Shown: in pieces, positions 1 to 12,234 of the stretch
Position numbering within the stretch: the stretch's first letter is position 1
How the letters are laid out: each line of letters begins with the position of its first letter
NCBI GenBank assembly: GCA_946965045.2
Contig: OX337236.1
Location: 2,480,001-2,544,000, forward strand
DNA from: Epithemia pelagica
Taxonomy: Eukaryota > Protista > Bacillariophyta
Length of the DNA: 64,000 nt
Reading direction: 5' to 3'
The notes under the pieces: model-generated
The model's database searches: none
What the model was told of the DNA's origin: nothing
The model's input: only the letters and a program-made list of their open reading frames with translations
Program-made: the position numbers and the translations under genes

Positions 1-1534
1 CGACAACGCCACACTGGTATGGTCTACAACAAGACTTTTGGTCTGCGATAGACGAGTTCAGAGCCTATGATATCCATTGCTATGATACACCAAGTGACTC
101 TACCGAATTTTGGAGCGATTCAAGTTATAGAAGGGTGTCTTTGCTCCATGTCCATGGAAATTTGTTACAACGACAACGCCAGACCGGTATGGTCTACAAC
201 AAGACTTTTGGTCCGCGTTACACGAGTTCAGAGCCTATGATATCCATGCCTATGATACCCCAAGTGACTCTACCAATATTTGGAGCGATTCAAGTTATAG
301 AAGGGTGTCTTTGCTCCATGTCCATGGAAGTTTGGGACATCGACAACGCGACACCAGTATGGTTTACAACAAGACTTTTGGTCTGCAATAGACGAGTTCA
401 GAGCCTATGATATCCATGCCTATGATACCCCAAGTGTCTCTACCATTATTTGGAGCGATTCAAGTTATAGAAGGGTGTCTTTGCACCATGTCGATGGTAA
501 TTTGGTACAACGACAACGCCACACCGATATGGTCTACAACAAGACTTTTGGTCCGCGATAGACGAGTTCAGAGGCTATTATATCCATACCTATGATACCC
601 CAAGTGTCTCTACCAATATTTGGAGCGATTCAAGTTATAGAAGGGTGTCTTTGCTCCATGTCCATGGAAGTTTGGGACATCGACAACGCCACACTGGTAT
701 GGTCTACAACAAGACTTTTGGTCTGCGATACACGAGTTTAGAGCCTATGACGTCCATTGCTATGATACACCAAATGACTCTACCGAAAGTTGGAGCGATT
801 CAAGTTATAGAAGGGTGTCTTTGCTCCATGTCCATTGAAGTTCGGTACAACGACAACGCCAGACTGGTATGGTCTACAACAAGACTTTTGGTCCGCGATA
901 GACGAGTTCAGAGCCTATGACATCCATGCCTATGATATCCCAAGTGTCTCTATTGAAATTTGGAGCGATTCAAGTTATAGAAGGATGTCTTTGTTCCATG
1001 TCCATGAAAGTTTGGGACATCGACGACGCCAGACTGGTATGGCCTACAATAAGACTTTTGGTCCGCGATAGACGAGTTCAGAGCCTATGACATTCATGCC
1101 TATGATACTCCAAGTGACTCTACTGAAATTTGGAGCGATTCAAGATATAGAAGGGTGTCTTTGCTCCATGTCCATGGAAGTTTGGGACATTGACAACGCG
1201 ACATTGGTAAAGTCTATAACAAGACTTTTGGTCCATGTTAAACGAGTTCAGAGCATATGACGTCCATTCCTGTGATACCCCAAATGTCTCTACCAAAATT
1301 TGGAGTGATTCAAGTTATAGAAGGGTGTCTTTGCTCCATGTCCATGGAAGTTTGGGACATCGACAACACGACACCGGTATGGTCTACAACAAGACTTTTG
1401 GTCTGCGATACACGAGTAACGAGTCTATGACGTCCATTCCTACGATACCCCAAGTGACTCTACCGAAATTTAGAGCAATTCAAGTTATAGAAGGGTGTCT
1501 TTGCTCCATGTCCATGGAATTTTGGGTCATCGAC
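1..1534. repeat. 170-bp tandem satellite, 9 full monomers, runs off the left edge of the window
   Basis: CGACAACGC-like monomer start recurs at 1, 171, 341, 511, 681, 851, 1021, 1191, 1361 and 1531: exact 170-bp period, substitutions only, no indels. Confidence 0.97.
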
Positions 1535-1545
1535 GTCTGTTTAAT

Positions 1546-2819
1546 TTAAGTCGCGGTATTCTCTTTGAGGTTCATGATGGCTTGGAAACAGTATCGGAAT
1601 AACACCATGTAATTGAAAAAGGGACCGAAGCAGGTTGATACCAACCATTTTGTCCACTCGACCTCTGTTCCCATGTGTATGAAGGGGCTAGAGAATTGTG
1701 ATGATTCATTGGGGTACCGGAGGTCCTTGTACATCTGTTGAACTGCTTTGACTATGACTACCTGTGTGTATCGGGGTATCCCTCCTACCCCAGAAGTCAA
1801 GTCAGGCCTGTATTGATTCAAGAGTAAGGCTCTTTGAACGATCATACAGAAACGCCACATATGAAATATTTATTGTTGGACTTCCAACAGACCCGAATAC
1901 TGACACATTCTCCATTTGAATTGCATGGTCGGAGGCAACCCTTACATACGATTGGAATATAAGTACATGTGCGATCCACAAGTTTATCATGGAGTTTCCC
2001 ATCGTGGTCGAAAATGCATTGTCGGCATTTGTATTCATTGCCACCTGTTTCGCATACATCACAATGTACCCCACAACCGTAACAATGGTCACGGCACCGG
2101 TGAGTAGTACCAAAAGGATGCCAGAATTTTCCTGTTAAATACCGATCGGTTGTTGGGTTATCTTGAAACAAACAAACTGGACAAATGGCATCTGCTATAT
2201 TCTCTGTAGAACCCAATACCTCGTTGGCAAGTCTGGTGAACTTAACCACTTCAGGGTGAAAGTCTGCATCTCGTTCACCAACTCGATCAGAATAACTCGG
2301 TGATTCCGGAGCCAATGGTATTGTCTTAAATTTCGCAGTGAACACAGAGGGGTCAATGATACGACTTTTGACCGCATATGGATTGCGAATGACCGTTTTC
2401 TTGGGATTAGTATGAGGAACGATAGTTGTATCGGGAATGGATGGTGGTACAACAACGTTACCAGGAGTCTCTGTTTTCTTTGGAGGCTCTGTTTTCTCGT
2501 GATGCCCTTCGACGGATATACCTGGTTCAGGAGAGCTGTCATCTACTACTCGTGGTACCAATTCGCCGACGTGGTTGCTGTTGTTATTTTTGTGATGTCC
2601 TTTATTCTCTTTCTGGAATTTCTCTTCTCTCAATTGAAATAAATCCTCGAGAAATGTGATGTCGCCGTCATTTTGGAACTGGGTTTCTTCTGGATGAAGA
2701 TTGTTTCCACGGCTTTCACTAAGTACCCCCTTGTTTTGTGGTTTGGTACTTTGTGGTTTTCGGCGTTTGTTGTATGGGTTCGTCATGGTGCGTGGTTTTT
2801 TGTATGGATTGCTCAACAT
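1546..2819 (-). pseudogene. Cys/His-rich hypothetical protein, probably a transposon accessory gene, with one frameshift near 1860
   Basis: ORF 1842-2819 has NPY repeats then many CxxC/His motifs (CPVC, CYGC, CDVC, CRQC, CKGC). ORF 1546-1860 overlaps it; adding one T in TATTTCATATG gives ...NKYFHMWRFC... and joins them. Confidence 0.5.
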
Positions 2820-3213
2820 TGCGTAAGCCAGAGAGTATTATCTCACCTCTTGTGTAAAAATGATTACTTGATGATCAAACAGAATAAACCTATCACATTC
2901 AAGAAAAAGAAGAGACGAGACATCTACTAAGATGTCTTTGTTTTTTTGTGAAGAATAATGGGTCGGCTGCCGTTTGTGGATACCACATGGACATCTATCT
3001 CATACTATCCCTCATCACGTGTCACTCTTTTTAATAAACGGAGTACCACTCCGACATGTTGGGGAGTATATTATTGGGACCACTTCTCTGAAATAAATAT
3101 TACGGATACCACTCGGACATCCCCCATGACCTTTGTTGGTGGTTGGAAACACACCCCCCCCCACCCCCACCCCCCCCCCTATTGGTTATACAGAACAACT
3201 TTCACTGACACCT

Positions 3214-6200
3214 TCATGATCCAGCAGTGTTACGATCTGTTGTTGTTGTTTGTGAAGGATCTGATGATGATGTATATCTTGCTCTCAACGAATCACTTGC
3301 TGAGTCATTGAACTCATTGGCCCATTTACTGGCAGGAAGTACCTCCCATACAATATCGGAATAGTTCCTGTGATTCCGAGTATATTCAAGCAATATTTCT
3401 CTTTCTGCATCAGAATGCAGGTATTCCGGTACCTTATCTCGGTGTTGGATCATTTCCGGGTTTTCATCAATCACTCCTACCAATTCAACTATATTGGTGA
3501 TAGGAACCAATACAAGATCGGGAACACGGGAATTCCGTGTAAAGGCCTTGCTCCATCGAATGAAAAGGACGGAGGACTTCTCTTTATCCTTGTCACTACG
3601 ACGATAAGTGGTTCGTAGTAAAGCATGTGTGACATCTCTCGGTTTTTCTTGGTGGATTCTTGATGTACGAGCATCATTTCCCTGTTCTTGCATGTGACCA
3701 GCACTTTCCCGTTGTTCCCATGGTCTGCCTATGAAGCATAAAACCTGACAGAGTACCAAGATATTGTCTGTTCCCTGATTACCTGTTGCAGTGTCAGTGA
3801 ATGGTGTTCGCTGGTGTCGTGGGATCCATGCTTTCACCCAGTCTCTCCAAGGACCCTCACTTTGGTAATTAGGATGACATCGGATACCACCTATGTTTTC
3901 GTCCCTGAATTTGACCTCTGTACACCCATGGATCATGATGTAATCACTTGTGTCATTCTGTTGTATAATATTCATTTGTGTGAAGAGTGCACTTGCATGT
4001 TTCACCAGAAAGTCAAGGATTACTTTTGGGAGGATCATACCGGTATTTGTTTTCGAAATATACTTGTAAGTACACTTGACCACGGGGCTCTCTGTCCGTC
4101 CAGATCTGACCAATTGGATTTGTATTGTTGTCCCTCGCCCCTTGAATTTACATCTATCTTCTTCATCGTCCTCGTCATCATTCTCATGACTATGATACAC
4201 TTGACTTCTTTTTTTCCTTGCCACAATGGTTGGAGATTGACCATTTTTTAGTAGCTCCACGTCATCTTGTTTGATCCCTGATGCTTTACAGAGCAGATCC
4301 CATGCCTGCATCTGCCATATGTTATCACCAAGTTGACTGTCGAAGACACCCTTACCCCGCTTTTGTACTGTTTTGGCATTCAGTTTGACAATTTCTTTGT
4401 GGTTACTCTCCTCTGATTCAGTGTCGGATATTTTAACTGGGCCGAAATTGGACACCTGTCGAACTATATGTACCAAGTTGTGGTATTTTGGGATCATCCA
4501 ACCATTGCACATCAGTTTCCCTTTTTTATCCAATCGTGGTGCATACCGCCGTATACCATCCATCATTATCTTGACAGATTCAACTGATCGTCGCGCTGTT
4601 TCCTTCGCGGCAGGAGAACGTGGGTCGCTATCCCAAAATCTATCCATCCTTGTCCAGCTGTTGAAACAGAGTATTGTCTCAAACAGGAAGAGGAAATCCA
4701 GATATGGTTCCCGCTCACCTTCATCCCAGATCGATGCATATGCCACAGGGTCATCGTCGAATACTGTTTCGCTCGTAACCTGTACCTCAATGTCAGGTTC
4801 ACAATATTGGTAATCTTCATTTTCCTGTACATGACCGGACAGATTGTCGTTGATATTTGTGGTTATTTCTTCGTTACTATCATCCACAGGTGAGTCATTC
4901 TCATCCGAATCGGATGAAGCATCAGCGATACTGTGGTGTACAATCGGTTTTTTTTTTATTGTCGTTGACGTTTATTGTTGGTAGAGGATACGTTGTTTTG
5001 TCCAGCGCCCATTCGTTGCCGTTTTTTCTTTTTTTTTCTAATTCATTTTTCTTTCTCTTCCGTTCTTTCTCTTCTTCCTTTTTTCTTTCGTCTCTCTTCT
5101 TCTTCTTTGCACCATTGTTTCCACTCTGCAACTACTTTTTTCCATTTCTCCGCCATAGTCGAAGCGAAAATAAGATGACCACGAACAGAAACACACAAAG
5201 CGGCTGAGACAAACATAATACCAACCCATTCATTGGCTGTTACCTTTGTAACATTACTGATACCTGCAGAGAAGGATGTTCTGGGGTACCCCCAACTAGA
5301 AGAATAAGAGAATACCGACTGTCGGTTGGCTCGGAAGAAAGAGCTGTACAAGAAATCAAACATGGCTTTTTCTCTCATTGTCATCAGAGCAAAGAAATCA
5401 GTCATGATATATTTCATGATCCCCGATTTCAAAGTATGTAATACATCACAACATGCCGCGGTAAAAATCCCATGTGTTTTATTAACACCCTCACCCAAAT
5501 ACAAATGGTTGTAGATGTTGTTCACTGGGTATTGTCCAATCTGATGTAAAATTTTCTTGGAATTGTTCACAGGTTCTCTCCAAGGATCCTCTCTCAGATC
5601 ATCTATACCGGGTTGTCCAGAATCGATAACTATTGGGTTTCCTGATGGTTTATCTAAACCAAGCACACGGAGGCTTCTGAAATGGATAGGGTTTTTGAAG
5701 AGGTAGTTGCATGTGGACCATGGGTATCTAGACTCCCGAGGTGTGCAATCACACTGCCAAACAAGCCGGCCAACACTTTGATGATGAGATGCATATCTTC
5801 CTGCGATGTTATCTTGTGACTTCGCATCTCCCTTTATCATGATCACGGGTAATACTAATCTCACCACCTTCTCAATCCCATGGATCCGTAATCGCATCCA
5901 CAATCCACCTCGATTCTGTATCTTCAAAAGAGCTTGGTGTATTCGCGAGAGCTGTGCATGATAATTCCGACAGGGGGACCCCCTATCCAAGATGTATTTG
6001 GCCGCAGATGACTTCCGTTCCATATCTGTGATCAACCCTAATATGATTTGTCTATTCGGTTTTCGCATTTCAGACATCGTCAAAAATGAAGGTACCATAA
6101 CAACTGGTTCCGCATTAAAGCGACCATCCCCTGTCGCGTGTGTCTTATCCATATAAGACAATAAACCAACAACGAAAGTATCGTTGTCATGTCTGTATTT

Positions 6201-7343
6201 CCGTACGGTACGTTGGAAAACATGGCCATCTTGTATGTTTTCGAGACATTTATTCGGTATATAAGGGCGATACGGGTCGTCATCACATAATATTGTTTTA
6301 TCCTTGGAAGTGGCTTCAGGATCTTGCAAGACACGTCGAAGTTGATGCACAAAATCAAATATAACGGTATCAACGGACTTCTCACTGTCTGGAACGATTA
6401 TATCCTTTTTGGTTGTAACTTCCATTGGGACGGTGACAATCTTTGGTTTGGGGAAATCGAAACCTCTTTTTTCGAATTTTGCCATGAATCCCTTTCGCCG
6501 TGGATGTTTTTTATTGAAAAAACGTGAGCCACAACACTCGTTAGTATAATCAATCCATGCCAAAATGGCATCGAACATGAACTTCGGACACCCAGCATTC
6601 CGGAGGAGTATGGCCAACCTCAATAAAGCCTTGTCATCTTCGGAAAATCGGAGACCATTTTGTTCAAGATACACTGGAAATTCCAAAGGATTGTCTTTTG
6701 AGTTTTCATCGATAACATGGTCATCACTGGATGAACCTTTGCCTTGGACATCCTCATTGTCATCGACAGTTTGTTGGAGCCCATCATCATGATCTGCTGG
6801 TGGTCCCTCTTCTTGGTCCTCATCTGATTCTTCCTCATTCTCAGATGACAGCAAGGAATGAGCAATATTTGTACTATTCCAACATGGCTGTCTCACGATG
6901 GGTTGTTTTTGTGTAGTGGGTTGCAGATCCTCTCTTTCCTCATCTTCTCGATCGTCCGCCCAGGGTATCCCTACAGCACCATCATCGGTTCCTCCATTTT
7001 CTGAAATCCCTACAGCACTATCATCGGTTCCTCCATTTTCTAAATGATTTCCCTGATCTTTATCATAAGAGGTATTGTTCTCGACTCCAGCAGTTTCGTG
7101 GCATATCATGGACGATTCGTGCTCCAATGCATGTGAGACCAAAGTGCCGTTTTCTCTTTTGGTGCTACAAACCCTTTCATGTTGGAAGATCCCGGAGACG
7201 TGGAATAATACATGACAATTTCTACATTTACGACATGGAAGAATGGAACCACCTGTACTCGCATTTGGATCTTCGCCTACCCATTGATCTTTGATGATGG
7301 AAGGTTTATTTCTTAAATACCTTGGTTTACAAGGACGGCCCAT
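3214..7343 (-). pseudogene. Plavaka-family transposase split by two frameshifts
   Basis: Motifs: N-terminal CxxC...HxxxC finger, DKTHATGDGRFNAEPV, KGDAKSQD, CDVLHTLKSG, PKYHNLVHIVRQVSNFG...TESEESNHK, RCHPNYQSEGPWRDWV. ORFs 5043-7343, 4922-5131 and 3214-4887 join if one A is removed in each of two A-runs (~5080, ~4950). Confidence 0.8.
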
Positions 7344-7773
7344 GGTATTGGTTTTGTGGTCCTTAGTCTTTGTGGAATGAGAATCATTGCTAATGTGACG
7401 ACTGACACGAATGGTTTCGATTTTATGGTCGCCCGGCTCGCTTTTTCATTGGTTGTGGATGGATATGGTTTACCCCCCCCCTCCCACCCACCCATACTAT
7501 TCTACATAAACTATGAGTCTATCAGTACATGGGATCGGAACGAACACAAATGCCCATGTGGCATTGGACGTTTGAATGTATAATTGTCGCCTGTCGATTT
7601 GGTTCAATTCAAAAAAAACCGGGTGTACTCGGAACAAACGGCTCGACTTTTGAAAGTTGATAGTCGGAAGGTAAGACCTCAATGAAAACGGATTGGCATA
7701 ACATTCTCCTCTTGTTGCACCCAAAACTCATTGCATTGTCAACACTTCTTATATCAGGTATACTCTTCTTGTC

Positions 7774-10104
7774 ATGTTGCCCCCTTCTGAAACAAACCAG
7801 GGGACCAAGAATAGAAAACAAGGAAGCCAACGCTGTGGTGATCCAAAGCAAGATAAAAAGGACAACCAAAACAGTAAGAATTCAGCGTTCCATGGTTTAT
7901 CTGGTGGCAAAGATGCTGGAGAAAGCAGTACCGATGATGAAACAGACGACGAAGAAATAACGATCAGAGATGTCAACAACAAGAATAGCAATGATGACCG
8001 TAACCAAGAGGATTCAGGATCCGTATCTGAAAAGAGTCAGGTAATATTTCAGGAAAGAGGAGGACGGGGAGCTTCATCCAACGAATCCCAGGACCAAGGT
8101 AGTACCATGAGCTGTACAGGAACCCGTGGTGTTACTAATACAGGAGCACCTATGGAATCCGAACACAATACTGCTGTTATGAATGGAGTCGACCATGGTC
8201 AGCGAGTTCCTTATAATGCGAATGGAGTTGCTCCATATCCGAATCATACCCATCCTTATCCTCACCAGCAACCAAATCAATCGGTGTTGTCATTTCTTCC
8301 TCAAGGGCAACAACAACATCAGGTCCATACACAGTTCAATTATTCCCAAGCTCCTCTTGGGGGGCAACAACATCATCATTTCCCGGCGGCCTCATCATCT
8401 ACGATTTATCCACAACAAGGAACTGGTATTATGGTGCATCAGGGATACCCACAACAGCAGATGATGTCTGTCCCATACCCACCCAATGGGGGTGTTCTGA
8501 TGCAAGGAGGCGCTGGTGTTCACCAACCACAGCAAACACAGATGCACCATATGGATACAAATAATATTGAGTGCGCAGCTAATGACAATGGTGGTGTGAC
8601 TGTAATGTCGCACCAAGATGTTGAAAATATTATGGAAGAGGTTATGGGTGGTGGTGGTGGTGGTGGCGGAGGAGTCAGTCGCGTTTGTAAGTTGGGTGTA
8701 CTTCCTTTGTTTTGTTTGTGCCCTATCGGTATTGACTGGTTAGAGTGGAACTCTAATCTGGGTTGATGTGGGTTTGGAAATGTACAATCGAAAAAGATGT
8801 GGACTTCTGGATGGATGATGTTTCCTCACTTTCTGATCTCTCTTGGTCGTCATCATCTCTTGTAGCCATGGAAGTCGGAGGCGATAGCTCAATGGTTGCA
8901 TCATCTATCTATGGTACTAGTGATGGTCAGAGTTCTGGGGCTAATGCAACGTCTGGTGAGAGGGAAAGAAGGAGAGAAGACAAGAGGGAAAGAAAGAGAG
9001 AACAGCAAAGAAAGAGCAGGAGCAAATACAAGGATCTACCCTTAGCTTGTCGTACGGATGAGTTCCAGACTTTTGTGCCTGATGTTGCTTGGAGGTACGT
9101 GAAGTATTTCTCACTTGCCGATGATTGTGATGCAGATGATAATGGATTATGGCATTTGGGGAAGGATCACTTCAAGGCGTATTTCGAACGAGAAAAGATT
9201 ATTGGTGATGTGGCTAAGGCAAAGTGGTGGGAAAGGTATTCCCCCCATTTGAGGAAAGAATTCAGACGCAAGAGATCAAATGTTCTACAATCGCTAAGGT
9301 TCAGGTTCATGAGTAAGTTGGTACTGTCTTGGTGCTATCTTGTTCTCATTCTTGTGGAAAGTTTTGCTCTAACATGAGCCTTCCTGCCTGGCAGAACATT
9401 TCTCGTTAAATCTATGGAGAACACATGGTGGTGGAATTGTTCAGCGACAATTCCCTAAGTTATTGGTTGACGATGAAAATCTAGGTCCTATGCCAAGTCT
9501 TGAAGAGATGATGCAAATGAGAGGAGTGAATGGAGACAATGATGCTTATGTTTTCATGTTTGAAGTATTTGGGGGGTCGGTTTATGGAGATGGAATGGTG
9601 AGAGATATCATTAATCAAGATATTACAGCTAATACACCAGAAGCACAAAAGCAAGCAATATGGAAGGAAGCGATGAGTAAGTTTACTACAAGTGATGAAG
9701 CTTTCATTCTCTTGGCTCTTGAAGATTCATGGGATGCATGGGCTCTGAGGAGCAGACAAGAGTTCAAACAAAAGTTGTACAAAGAAGACCCTGCTTGGTG
9801 TCAAGCGCACCAAATTAATGAGGACATTGATACAGATGGAGTAGAACAATACAAGTATTCAGGTTGTGCAAACAAAAAGGGACGTGGTATGAGTGATATT
9901 GGCCTTGATCGTCTTGATGAATTGCAGCAGAAGGTGAGGGATGATCGAGAATATGTATCAGTTGATGGACTGTTTCGGAGACAAAATGTGTTCATGGAGA
10001 ATCTTCTTAAGAAACATCGGGAGAGGATGGGATATGTGGACAGTGCTGATCAAGATCAACCGCAGCAGAAAAAGCGGAGGAAGCACGGACTCTGGTTTTT
10101 TTAA
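7774..10104 (+). CDS. Spliced transposon accessory protein (about 712 aa), divergent from the Plavaka transposase
   Basis: Intron 9313-9394 (GTAAGT, CTCTAAC branch, GCAG) joins ORFs 8763 and 9463 in frame. Intron 8687-8796 (GTAAGT...AAG) would join ORF 7774 in frame but is less certain. C-terminal motifs WWERY...KRSNV, TTSDEAFILLALEDSWDAW and GLDRLDELQQKVRDDR. Confidence 0.6.
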
Positions 10105-10189
10105 ATAGTATCTCTTCATTAGCTTCTGTGCATGTTTTCACATTCTTCTGTGGATGGTATCGATTGTGTTGTGAAATGAGTTACCATAA

Positions 10190-10402
10190 GTGTGTGGCTT
10201 CTGCTGGTGCTTTTGGAGTCTGAGATGCAAAAGGTGGGTGGCTTCTGCCGGTGCTTTCGGTGCCTGAGATGCAAAAGGTGGGTGGCTTCTGCCAGTGCTT
10301 TCGGAGCATGGGATGCTAATGGTGTGTGGCTTCCGCTGGTGCTTTCGGAGCATGGGATGCAAAAGGTGAGTGGCTTCCGCTGGTGTCATTGGAGAATGGG
10401 AT
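10190..10402. repeat. 44-bp minisatellite, about 4.5-5 copies
   Basis: TGGCTT(C)..GGTGCTTT..GAGATGCAAAAG unit recurs at 10195, 10239, 10283, 10327 and 10371. Confidence 0.92.
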
Positions 10403-10737
10403 AGGAGAGATTGGGGGTTTGCCCTTGTGTTATTGCACCTGTGGAGAGGGTGTATAGATGCCTTGTTCCGATGAGGTTGGTACTTTGTGTTCAGAGTGTT
10501 TTGGACGTGGAGGGCAAGGTCAGTGTGCTTAGAAGGTAGGTTCTCTGTGCGTGGAAGATGGGAGTGTGCGTGCGTGGAAGCTAGGGTCGCCGTGAATGTG
10601 TATGATGTTGTATGTGCGTGATGGTGGGGGGGATTAGTCAAAATGGTGTAAATCCGTATAAAAAAACCGGGTACGAAAAATGGCGCATGCCGACGGCGCG
10701 TATGGGGTGTGCGTTTTGGGGGCGCGTGACGCTGCCC

Positions 10738-12234
10738 TTAGACGTTTTGAGTTTCCTTACATTGTTCAACACAGTCTTCAAGAGTTGTAGGTAAGCGGTA
10801 AGAGCACCCAAAGCGCGTCTCATGAGCAATCCCCGATGCAAAGGAACGTTTCAGTTTGTGTTCAGATATCAATTTGAGTAAAATGTTCTTTTTGCGACGG
10901 AGGTCAGCAAGTTCTTGTACATAAGCAATGTGTCTTGGCTTCTTGATACACTTGTTAGCTGCTACTTTGCCTGCGCGTTGAAAATCAGCATCAAGTTGTT
11001 CTATCGTTTCTGGCGACCAATTCGTCTCAAGTTCTTCCAGTCGATGCGCGAAGTTGTGATCTTGTAGATATTTGTGTTTGTTCAAAAGATAAATCCGTAC
11101 CGCTGAGCGGTCTTTAGCAGAGAACTCTCGCGTGGAGATCGGACCAAGAGCCTGAGTCAGATTTCCAAACAAGATCCTTGTATCGAAGTCTAGTAACATA
11201 TTGCGATGGTCTCCCTTGCCTCTTTGTCCAAAGGGTTCATAGCATCCGCGCATTGCACTTTGTGCCACCAATTCTGTACACAGCGCATAGTCAATGCGTT
11301 GCCGGCCTCTTACATGTGTCCCAAAATCCGTTTCGGTGCCAGTCACTTGGGCCATCAGATCACAGAGTTGTAAATTCGAACAGAGCTGAGTCATTCCATC
11401 CATGTCGCCGTTCAATGGTTCGTTAAAGTCGCCCAAGACTAGCAATTCCGAGTCCTCATCAAGTCGCTGCTGTAGAAACTGTTGCAGGTCTTTCACGAAT
11501 GCTTGCCTCGGATTTTCTTGACGTCCCTGTTGTCGTAGTAAGCTTGTCTGCTGCGCAGCGGCGGTACTAGATTTGACCCGGTTGTTGACGACGATTTGTT
11601 GTTGACAAACTTGATAAGCCGAGACAATAGTAAGAGTTCGTCTGTCTTTACAGGAGAGAATTTGATAGCTCCATCTTCCCAGTTTGTCATTGCCTTGGTG
11701 AATTACTCGTCCACACGTGTGTCCCTGTGTAGCGATTAATGTTCCTCCTGGTTTAAAGTTACTTCGGCGATTCAGAGATATTGAAGATGTGCTTGTTTTC
11801 ATTTTCGAGTGATCAAAATGCTTCCGAATAGTATTTTGCATGATTTCACGGACTCGGGGCTTCAAGGTATCTAGATTCAATTCGAAGTTGCACCACGTGT
11901 CTACTTCTAGCTGTCTCATTTCTTCACAAAATTCGGAGAAGTCAGCTCCGTCTTTTCCAATATTAAACCCGTTGATGTTTGCTCCATACACTCTATATAT
12001 GTAGTCTTCTTTTTCTTCTTGTGGTTCGATTCCAATGTAGGGGTTCGATGCGTAGTTGCGTTGCTGTTGTGTTTGATCGGATAGGTCTTGTAGTAGGTCT
12101 TCGCTTGTATTGTCTGTTGTTTCGTCTTGTGTATCATTGTCGATATTGTTAGGAGAAAAGTCATGCATGTAGTCGTTAAGAGGATATTCTATGTAATCGC
12201 TTACATAGTTCGCTCTATCCTGTGACCGAGTCAT
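10738..12234 (-). pseudogene. LINE ORF2 fragment: APE-type endonuclease only, RT missing
   Basis: Motifs GANING...FELN, FKPGGTL, DKLGRWS, IVSAYQ, LGDFN, RIDYAL, GDHR. The stop codon derives from unrelated flanking DNA. Confidence 0.88.

Larger units (their letters stand above)
1535..10737. mobile_element. Plavaka-like DNA transposon region (transposase plus accessory genes); boundaries not defined
   Basis: Contains a Plavaka-type transposase and two non-host-like ORFs. No TIR or TSD found. The limits given are simply the satellite on the left and the LINE junction on the right. Confidence 0.5.

Noticed and set aside
1-1534. CRISPR array, or coding ORFs (135-410, 407-595, 645-920, 835-1071, 1235-1549)
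   Set aside because: Whole monomers repeat with no unique spacers, and the context is eukaryotic with no cas genes. The 170-bp period is not a multiple of 3, so the ORFs are shifting translations of the satellite.
10640-10740. Terminal inverted repeat for the Plavaka-like element
   Set aside because: No matching inverted copy was found at 1535-3200 or elsewhere in the window.
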